The position numbers and the translations under genes are program-made. From Spirogloea muscicola (taxonomy: Eukaryota), in contig WELB01000006.1 of the NCBI GenBank assembly GCA_009602725.1, positions 1,131,035 to 1,163,444 of the forward strand: a DNA stretch of 32,410 nucleotides, given 5' to 3'. The notes under the pieces were generated by a model. The model had not been told where the DNA came from, made no database searches, and saw nothing but the letters and a program-made list of their open reading frames with translations. Of the stretch, positions 21,112 through 29,897 are shown piece after piece; within the stretch, counting starts at the first letter, position 1, and each line of letters opens with the position of its first letter.

Positions 21112-24100
21112 ATGTTGACAGTGTTGCTTATTAGATTCCAATATCCGGGACTCTCCATCTGACATCTGTTTGTAGTGGACAAAGATTCACATTAGAATTT
21201 GGCATACTTAACCTCATGTGCATGAGTCTTTGTCTGATGGAAACATACTTCGTGAGTTGGCCGTTGAAAAGAAGATTAAAACTTCGAGCTGGAGCATGCT
21301 AATGTGATCGAAATAAATAGGTTGGGAAAACACTCAACAGATAGCGTTTATATGCAAATAAGCTGTTTACCATATGATCGCAAGGGCATAACGGTGTTGA
21401 GCCTTCTGATGGTGCATATGCAATATGACAAGTTGGATAGTACTTATTGATGATATGAATGAAAGAGAATGATGATTGTAGTGATGAAAAGGTCAATGGA
21501 ATGTGCACTTGCATGACGAGAAAGTGCAGAAGTATTTTTTAAAAGTTTTCACAGTTTGTCAGAAATTGTAGAAGTATTTTTAAAAGATCTCACAGTTTGT
21601 CACAAGTTTGTGGTTCTCTTGCAATTGAAGCAAGTGCAGCTTGCCGAAAGGTCCAGCGCCAAGATCCAAGCTAGCACTCTCAAGCCGTTGGACTTGCGAC
21701 TTTCTCTCTTGAGCTAGCTTGGGTACTGGCCTAAGCCTTCCACGTAGTGCTTGTAGCAGACTACTTGTAGTCTGAGTATGAACCTGTCTATGTAGTATCT
21801 GTAGTATGTAGTCTAGAGATAGCAAGCCCCTTATGTTGCCGGGAAGTCTGACAACATTGCAAGCATATCTGCCTAAAGACGTGAACATCAAGCTAGGGGC
21901 GCATGCACTTTACTAGCTAGCTGCGCTGCAGGAGGGGGTTATTGGCTATCCCTGGCAAAGCGGTCGAGGTAGTAAGAGGCAGGAGGTGGCTTGGGGCCTG
22001 TGTCTGCTATTGGACAGGAGCGCCATGCAGGGTAAGCCTGGTAGATGGGGGATGATGGCCGGAGGCCAAAGTCGTTGTTTTGGTAGTCGTTGAACTGTAC
22101 ATTGTTCTTGGTCACAGCATCAGAGACATTCTTGCCCGCGTAGTACTGGTAGGTGATAGTGTTCAAGAGCGGCAGCGCTGGCAGCTGGTCTACTCCCAAC
22201 AGCTCAGGCACGTGCTGGCTCACAGTAGCCACTACTGCAGACTGGAGGCATAGCAGCACACATCTCAGAATGAGCCAACTGAAATACACAATAGATGTCA
22301 AAGATTGACATCTAACATTATTTTATCTGGATGTAGGGCCAGGCCACATGGGGGTCATGGAGGCCTGCTCTTCAGTGGACTAATCATCGGTTTGCTTAAC
22401 GGCACAGCAAGCTGACCTGCCAAATATTATTTGTGGGCATGCCCGAGCAATTGCCTGTCGTTGTTGCATTGAGTGTGTTGTTGTGACCCATTGGATCATT
22501 GCAGTTTGTTCCATTGATGGTTGTGATGGAGCAGAAATCGGTTAGCCAGGGGTAGAGCTGGTGGAAAGAACAAAGTCCAAGTTCAGTCTAATGAGGGTGC
22601 TGGGGGATTGTTATCGTGCAAGTCCTACGTATTGTAAGCCAGCAAGCCACACACAAGTCCAACAAGCCAACAGGGCGACACACCGTGGGTGCTTGTATGT
22701 GTCAGGATCTGTCAGCACTTACAGCTCGGAAGGCCGCGTTGTCGTAGTATAGTTGGCGTCTCTGGTCCCAGAAGCTGCCAGGATCGGCGCCACAATTGAA
22801 GATGACCTGGTCTGCCAGGTAGCCCGGATGTTGAAAGGCAACAATGACATGGGATGTAATGATGTTGGAGTGCCCAGTGTTCATCTTGAGGCCATTGGCA
22901 ACGTCAACGCAAACCATGCCGTCAACCTCGATGCCAGAGCTTGCGAAATCGATATACAGGCAGTGGGGAACTTGTCCCCCACCCAAGACATAGTTGCACG
23001 AGAGAGAATTATCTGCAGATAGCAAGAGCCAAGTCAGCTAAGTGTCCTGTGCCAGTAAGGAGCAGCCAACAGCAAGTAAGGAGGGTGGATACGACATTGA
23101 GAGGATCGATGATTAGCGGAAGAAAGCATAACGTGAGGTGAGAAGAACGCACTAGGATTGATCCAATGAGTTGCGAAATATATGCCACCGGCATCCGGGA
23201 TGACACCAGCAAAGCCTGGACGGCTGACAATCATATTGGTGTTGATGACGTTGGACATGGCTGTGCAGACCGCCACAGTGCAAGAGAGAGATTGCGTCAG
23301 CAACGAAGGAGATGGACCAATCTAGGGGCAAGAGAGTGGATCAGGATAGATACTCAGCCATAGTGGTGGGCTACTTAGTAGTCAACATCTAGGAGAACAA
23401 AAGTGGGTGAGGGCAGGCTTCTCTCACCATCACCAGTGTTGTGAACTCCCCTGCCGACAGATATACCAGCAAAAGTGAAGTCATCGATGTAATTATTTAT
23501 CACGGTATTCCCCACTGCTCCGTAAGCCAAGTTGATCCCCACAACGTAGCCATGGAGGTAGTTGTTACTGACTATGTTGTTCTGGAGGGTATAGTTTGGC
23601 ACGATGAAGCCTCCAGGTCCGCCAAGGATGACGGCCCAGTCCAGTGAGCGGATGTCGTTGGAGTCGACAAGTGAGTTGGTGCTCTGGAAGACGTGCAGTG
23701 CTGCATTCATGACGCTCTGGACAATCTGGACATTGTCGCACAGGTTGATTGCCATGGCCGGGCAGTAGGTGATTTGGATTTGGCTGTAAACCTTGAACGG
23801 GCAAGTTGACACGGAGGTGTTGGTCACACTTGCATTGAGATCAACACCCATGAAGAGGAAGTCGTGCACGCCCTTGATGTACAGGATGGGCTGGTCGTCT
23901 CGGACACCAGAGATACTGCACCGAGAGCCGGCCGCAGACTGTACAATTGTGCACGAGTAGCTGGCGTTGAGCAGCGCCATGCTGGCAAAGGTGATGTTTT
24001 GCTGAAGCGACAGAACAACCGTCTGAGTGGCAGGATAGCTGCCCCTGCTCATGAAGTCCGCCGCCGTGTACACTGGTACTGTTACTTGGGCCGCTGTGCA

Positions 24101-24484
24101 GTTTGTCCCTGAGGAGCAGCACATAGGAGTAAGCGTATGAGGTGCAGCCGATGGAAAAGCGCGCAGATGGTGTGAAGCACTTTAGTGCAGAAAGCTTGCC
24201 AATGCACCATGCATGCATAGTTTGCCATTTCTTCTGTTCTGTAAGTCAGTACCCGGTGGTGGTGGAGAAGGTGTTGAAGGAGGGGGCGGCGGTGATGGGA
24301 ACTTGGGAGGAGGGGGATGTGGTGGAGGAGATAAAAGTGGTGGGGGGGAAGGTGAGGAGAATGATGGAGTGGGCGACGTGGGGGGTGGAGAGGGAGGGGG
24401 CGTTTGGAGAGGTGGAGGAGGAGAAGTGGGGGGAGTGTTTGGAGGAAGCGAGGGGGGTGGTGGGGAAACCAAGGGGGAGGGAGG
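21112..24484. repeat. Tandem segmental duplication, copy 1 (homologous to 29168-32410)
   Basis: Homology starts at tgttgacagtgttgcttatta (about 21113 and 29168) and runs through the 3' flank, exons and introns. Confidence 0.92.
21528..21602. repeat. 41-bp tandem duplication
   Basis: agaagtatttttaaaag(tt/at)(t/c)tcacagtttgtca occurs twice; it is absent from the paralogous flank near 29580. Confidence 0.8.
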
Positions 24485-25836
24485 NGTGGTGAGGCAGGAG
24501 GCGGCGGAGACTTCAGAGGAGGAGGAGAGGGTGGAGGGGGACCTGGTGGAGGAGGTGAGGCAGGAGGCAAAGGGGGGCTCGGAGGCGGAGGTGAAGGAGG
24601 GGGAGGAGATGAGGCAGTAAAAGGCGGCAGGGGAAGAGGCGGCAGGGGAAGAGGCGGCAGGGGAAGTGGGAGAGGGAAAGGTAGAAGAGGAAGTTTAGAA
24701 CTGAGTAGAAGAGGTGAGGCAGGAGGCGACGTGGAGCTCACTGTAAGTGAAGGTGAGGGAGGGGGAGGAGAGGGTTGGGGGGGACTTGGTGGAGAAGGTG
24801 TGGCAGGAGGCGGAGGGGGGCTCGGAGGCAGAGGTGAGGGAGGGGAAGGAGAGGGAGGGGGAAGAGAAGGTGGAGGGGGTGAGGCAGGAGACGGGGGGGG
24901 GTTCAGAGGCGGAGGAGAAGGAGAGGGCGAGAGTGGTGGGGGCGAGGGTGACCCCAGAGGTGGAGACGGTGGTGTTGGCGACGAAGGGAATGGAGAGCTG
25001 GGCTGTGGAGGTGAGGCAGGAGGCGGAGGTGAAGTCAAAGGCGGAGGGGGAGGTGACGCCGAGGGCGGCGGAGGCGGAGGCGGCAGCGCAGGTGAAGGTG
25101 GCGAGCTCAGAGGTGGAGGTGGGGATACTTGAGAAGGGGGTGGAGAAGTTGGTGGAGGTGGTGGTGGAGGAAGAGGTGGAGGTTGCGTGACTGGCGGTGG
25201 AGTCTGCGGAGGCAGTGGTGACAGCGCCGGAGGTGGAGAACCGTTGCGACGTAGTGGCACAATTTGGCGCGGGGCCATCAGCGGCGGCGCCGCCACAGTG
25301 GCTGCCAGCAACAAGCATGATGGCAAAGCGTCATTTTACGCAGAGCAGAGATGCTGTCGTTTTGAGGCAGAGTGGGCTAACGGTAGCTGTGCTCATCATT
25401 TACCACTCGGTCTGTCACAGCGGCAGGCCGGTCAAGCAGCTCTACGCACTCGCGCGATACTCGACCATGCAACAGCATCTCTTTGCAGAAGCTGCTGCCG
25501 AATCCCCTCGTCGGCGATCAGCACAGTCTCGGTGTGTCGTACAGCACAGTCTTGGCTCGGTCACCTCCTGATTCGCCTTAAGCTGAGCAGTCGCCCTCAT
25601 CTCACGCCGATCGTGCAAAGGTGAGGGGTGTCTCGGAGCAAGCTCTGCGGAGGCGCTCACGACCCTGCTCGACCACCTTGCTCGACCACCAGGCCGAAGG
25701 GGCACTCACCGGGCACCAGTGTCGCGACGGCGAGGGCCTGCAGCACGAGAAGCCCGGCAAGCGAGCGGGGGGCGAGGGCAGCCGCTCCGGGCGGCGCGGA
25801 GCCCGGGCCCCGGGGTCCGGAGCTGCGCTTGGCCAT
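21939..25836 (-). CDS. Secreted chimeric protein: signal peptide, Ser-Pro(n) extensin-like stalk and right-handed parallel beta-helix domain (copy 1, about 900 aa)
   Basis: Exons 25836-25710 (gccATGG; MAKRSSG...LAGLLVLQALAVATLVP), 25301-24253 (SPPPP repeats; frame break at the single n, 24485), 24108-23428, 23260-23153, 23012-22723, 22557-22417, 22241-21939. PbH1-like repeats NNIVSNNYLH / GNTVINNYID, plus DAGGIYF, CLYIDFASSG and NDFGLRPSSP. Confidence 0.82.
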
Positions 25837-26496
25837 GGCGATGGCCTGCCCGCCTCGCTGCTGCCGGAGAGGAGCAATGGCACGAGCTAGTGGGCGGCGG
25901 AGTGGGGATTGTCAGCCGGAGCTGCCTGCAGCTGGAGCCATGGAGGGGGTGCAGGAAGGCGGGAGTTCCAGGCGGTGGGGGGGAGAACAACTCTCCGAGA
26001 GGCCTTGAGCGGTCGTGGGGCCCATACTCATTGCCCCCTGCCCCGATTCCAGCAGGAGCTTCTCAAAGCGCACCTTCTCGCGGCGACTTTTTTGTCCCTT
26101 TTCCTTGTCCTCACCGTCACCCCTCTGTTGCGCCGGCACCTGAGAGAAGCCGCCCCACGCACGCCACACGCGTGCAGCCCGCCGAGAATCCTCTCCACGG
26201 GCGGCTGGGGACCTTGCGAGCCGTCCGATGCTTGATCGTGCGTGGACTACGCTGACTTTGGCTGCCGAGAACGTCAGCAGTGTGCACGTGGGCGGGGCCC
26301 CGTAGCCAATCGGGGGGCCAGAGTTGCCAGCCGGCGTGATGAGAGGGAGGGACGTCGGCGAAACGGCGGCGGTTCCGCCACGCGGGAGGCCTCGGTGATG
26401 GCCGCCTAGACGGGAACCGGGCTAGCTATCAGTGGCGCCATCTCTAGAAAAACCGGGCCCGCGCCCCATCATACGGAGCCTCAGCCCGCGTAAAGG

Positions 26497-26760
26497 GAAG
26501 GAAGGCTCGCCCATTGAGAAAGAAGAGGATAGGGGCTGGAAAAGCCAGCCCAAAAAAGAATGGACAAAGTACGAGAAGGGGGCCAGAGGAAGCGCTAAGA
26601 AAACAAAGCACACAGAGGAAGAAAGCAGCTACAAATCACTCAGCGTAAAGCCCTGAACCCCCCAACCCCTTCAACCCTATACCATCTTTGGCTTTGGACA
26701 TTGTCCATTATTGTTGGGCTGGCTTTGCCAGCCCCTCTTCTCTATGGGCGCGCACTTTCT
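26497..26760. repeat. Two inverted copies of the hairpin module (26497-26568 minus, 26697-26760 plus) around a degenerate telomere-like tract (26646-26681)
   Basis: Reverse complement of 26500-26568 is ttgtccattcttttttgggctggcttttccagcccct...caatgggcgagcc; 26701-26760 is ttgtccattattgttgggctggctttgccagcccct...ctatgggcgcgcactttct. Confidence 0.75.
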
Positions 26761-26962
26761 TCTATACCATAAGCTTTACATCTGTTCCGGGATCTCCGTT
26801 TGAGGAACTGGGGCCGGGTAAGGGCGGCCGCCAAAGCTGGCCCTCGCCGCAACAGTCGAGCTTGGGCGGCCGCCGGCATGGCGGCGACGGGCGGCGGGCA
26901 CGGGGAAGGGGGGGGCCGCCGTTGAGCGCGGGGTCCGGCTTGAGACTCTGGAGCAAGAGTGG

Positions 26963-27027
26963 GAGAAGGCGCTGCGCATGAAATGGAAGGGTGGCCACTA
27001 ATGGTTCAGGCAAATGCTAATGCAAAT
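26963..27027 (-). repeat. Fourth copy of the GAGAAGGCGC..GCATGAAATG.AAGGGTGGCCA motif
   Basis: Similarity to 17367-17447 extends through ttcagg(c/a)aa..gcta.tgcaaa. Confidence 0.75.
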
Positions 27028-27166
27028 ACATGAAACGAGCCCCATAGGTTGCCAACGTAACAGTGTGACGTCAGAACCCACGGAGTAGTTGCTCAGGCCC
27101 TTGCCTTAGGGCTGGCCTCGGCCCTGAGCATTGTTCTTCACTTATTTCGGGGCTAGCCAATTGCAG

Positions 27167-28038
27167 TGTAACGATCCCAGGTTTGTGAGCGCCAAACAAT
27201 TTTCATAACGCTTACAGGCCATCCGGCTCCTCCAGACCTTGTCCATTCCTTTTAGGGCTGGCCACTTACAGCCACCAGTCAATGTGGCCGCGCTTTCTTA
27301 CATGGTGTTCGAATAGTTGTGGGCAAGTTCCCCGGAGCTTACCCAGGTCTTTTGGCCGTTAGCCCCGTGCCGGACGGTACGGGCCGCCCTGGCACTCGTG
27401 CCTTTTGTCGTTTCGCCAGGCTCGTCCGGGTGGCTTCACAACAAGCTCCCGGCATGTTCGGCCTCACGTGCTCGGCGGCATGCGTGGGCCCGGACGCCCC
27501 CCAGCGGCATGTTCGGCCGCGGCCAAGCTCGGCTATGCCCGGCCTCGGCCATGCTTGGCGGCATGCTCTGCCGCGGCCATGCTCGGCACCATGGCGGCTG
27601 CTGGGTTTACAGCTCGTGGTTGCCTCGTCAGGCACGCTCCTAGCGGGCGAGCCTTGGTGCGGCCCCCATACACCCTAGGGGCAGGGTGGCTCGGCGAAGC
27701 ACAAGACGTGTAGAGCAGAGAGAGACCCGAGGAGGTCGGGGATTCCGTGGATTTCGAGAGAGGCGCAGCCCTGCTGCTGCCTGCTGCTGTAGACCGCTGC
27801 CGCGCGCACCTCGTTGCCGGCTCTGCTGTGGAGACCTTCGCGGCGTCCCGCTAGAGGCAAGTCTGCAGCGAGTGCCCAGGAGGTGGAGCTGCTGCCTAGC
27901 GGCAGCGCCATAGGGCAAGTCTTTCGCTAAGCCGGAGTGCTTCCTCATGGCGGGTGGTTGTCCCTGAATCCCCCAAGCACTCAATGCTAAAAAGTAAGCA
28001 TTCGGCTTTAAACTGTCTAGTAGGGACCGAACGCTACA
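27167..28038 (+). mobile_element. Solo-LTR-like sequence, 872 bp
   Basis: Termini TGTAACGATCCC...ACCGAACGCTACA. Flanks tgcag/agcag give a 4/5 match to a 5-bp TSD. Internal CATGCTCGGC-type tandem repeats. Homologous over its length to 28329-29167 in reverse orientation. Confidence 0.68.
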
Positions 28039-28328
28039 AGCAGCCATCGGCCTCTACTGAAAGACTCTTTCTCTCACAGGTTTCTAATTGCATGTATTGA
28101 GGTTACTGACTGACCATCCTTCGTAATACTTGCTTAGGTGTGTGTTCTTTCGGCCCCTTCAGACCTTGTCCAGTCTTTTCGGGCTGGCTTTTCACAGCCT
28201 TCGCCCCATTTGGATGAGGTGGATGAGGCCTCGATGTCCTCCAAGATTGGATGAGGCCCACCATCTGTTGTCCGATGGGCCACTGGGTCCGGTGAATTGT
28301 CTCAAGAAGGACCACGATACCAGCTAAG

Positions 28329-29167
28329 TGTAGCGTTCGGTCTTTAACAGGTAAATTAGAGCCGAATGCTTCCTTTTCAGAATTGAGTGCTTGGGGGATC
28401 TAGGAACAACCACCCGCCACGAGAAAGCACTCCGGCACAGCGGAAGACCTGCCCTGTGGCGCTGCCGCTAGGCAGCAGCTCCACCACAGCTCCACCTTCT
28501 GGGCACTCGCTGCAGACTTGCCTTTAGCGGGACGCCGCCAAGGTTTCCAAAGCGAGCCAGCAACGAGCCGCGCGGCAGCGGTCTACAGCAGCAGGCAGCA
28601 GCAGAGCTGCGCCTCTCTCCAGCTTCACTGAGTCCCCGACCTCCGGTCGGGTTTCTCTCGACTCTAAACGTCCTGTGCTTCTTCTTGCCAACCTCCCTCC
28701 AGGGTGCATGGGGGTCGCCCCAACGCTTTCCCGCGAGGAGCGTGCCTGACGAGGGAACCGGAGCTGTCTCCAGCATGGCGCCGAGCATGGCCGCGGCAGA
28801 GCATGCGGCCAAGCATGGCCGAGGCCGAGCATGGCCGAGCATGGCCGCGGCCGAACATGCCGCCGGGGGCGTCCGGGCCCACGCATGCCACCGAGCATGC
28901 CTGGGCCGAGCAGGCCGGGAGCATGCGAGGCCACCCGGACGAGCCTCGACGGAACGAGAAGAGCACGAGTGACAAGGCGGCACGTCCCGTCCGGCACGGG
29001 GCTAACGGCTACCGGCCACAAGACCTTGGCAAGTTCCTGAGAACTTGCCCAAGTATCTGAACACCATGTAAGCGTTAACAACAGAAAGGGCTCGCCCATA
29101 GCGTTAACAACACTGTTTGATAGCGTTAACAACACTGTTTGGCGCTCACAAACCTGGCAATTTTACA
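28329..29167 (-). mobile_element. Related LTR-like sequence in inverted orientation, 839 bp, possibly a 5' LTR with a degenerate PBS
   Basis: Minus-strand termini TGTAAAATTGCCAGG...ACCGAACGCTACA, followed after 6 nt by TGGTATC (start of a tRNA-iMet PBS). No matching TSD. Confidence 0.62.
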
Positions 29168-29897
29168 TGTTGACAGTGTTGCTTATTATCTTCCAGTAAT
29201 CTCGCCTCTCCATCTGACATTTATTTGTAGTTGGACTTTTATTCATGTCGTTTTCTTTTTTGCATATTTACTATTGTGTGCATTATTTTCCGTCTGAGTA
29301 GTACATACTTTGTGAGTCGGCCATTATCAAGAGAAAATGGGAATGCCGAGCTTGACCAATTGTAATCGAAAATACGAGCCGAGGAGGCATTCAGCAGATA
29401 GTTTTCACACCAAAATATTATATGTGCCTTGTGACCACAAGGGCATAACGAAGTTAAACCCCATACATGGTGCTATGCAATAAGACATGTTGGATTGTAC
29501 TCACTGATGATGAGAAGGAAAGCGAATGCTGATACAGTGATTGAGGGATCAGTGAAGTGTGCCCTTGCATGACAAAATCTTTAGAAAAATTTTATTGTTG
29601 CAATCTCTTGCAATTGACGCAAGTGGAGCTTGCTTTCAAAGGTCCAAGGCCAAGAACCAAGCTAGCAGTCTCCAGTTGTTGGACTTGGGACTTTTTCTCA
29701 TCATCTCTTGAGCTAGCTTGGATACTGGCCTAAGCCTTCTATGTGTTGCTTGTAGCAGACTATCTGTAGTGTAGAATGAATCAAGCCCCTTGTTGCCGGG
29801 AAGTCTTTGACAGCATAGCAAGCTTATCTGCCGGAAGACGTGGACACCAAGCTAGGGGCGTATGCATTTTCCTAGCTAGCTACGCTGCAGGAGGGTG

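Noticed and set aside
24485..24485. Apparent frameshift in the Pro-rich exon suggesting a pseudogene
   Set aside because: It coincides with a single n (contig join of unknown size in low-complexity DNA), and all other exons are intact.
24213..25190. Gly-rich and Glu-rich ORFs on the + strand
   Set aside because: Antisense shadows of the SPPPP-coding exon.
25442..25582. Possible extra Cys-rich exon in intron 1 of the beta-helix gene
   Set aside because: Its acceptor phase does not match exon 1, while direct splicing 25710 to 25301 is in frame.
26285..26311. CACGTG / GGGCGGGG / GCCAAT cluster about 450 bp upstream of the copy 1 start
   Set aside because: Plausible promoter boxes, but too short to support without TSS or conservation data.
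26330..26385. Hammerhead-ribozyme-like string (gTGATGAG...CGAAAC with a GC stem)
   Set aside because: The core reads GUGAUGA rather than CUGAUGA, stem II is not formed and the UH cleavage triplet is missing.
27317..29135. Many overlapping 70-200 aa ORFs in the inverted repeats
   Set aside because: They arise from GC-rich tandem repeats; no gag, RT, integrase, transposase or tyrosine-recombinase motif is visible.
29071..29140. CRISPR-like repeat-spacer pattern
   Set aside because: Repeats are only 12-13 nt, spacers are unequal and short, the context is eukaryotic and there are no cas genes.
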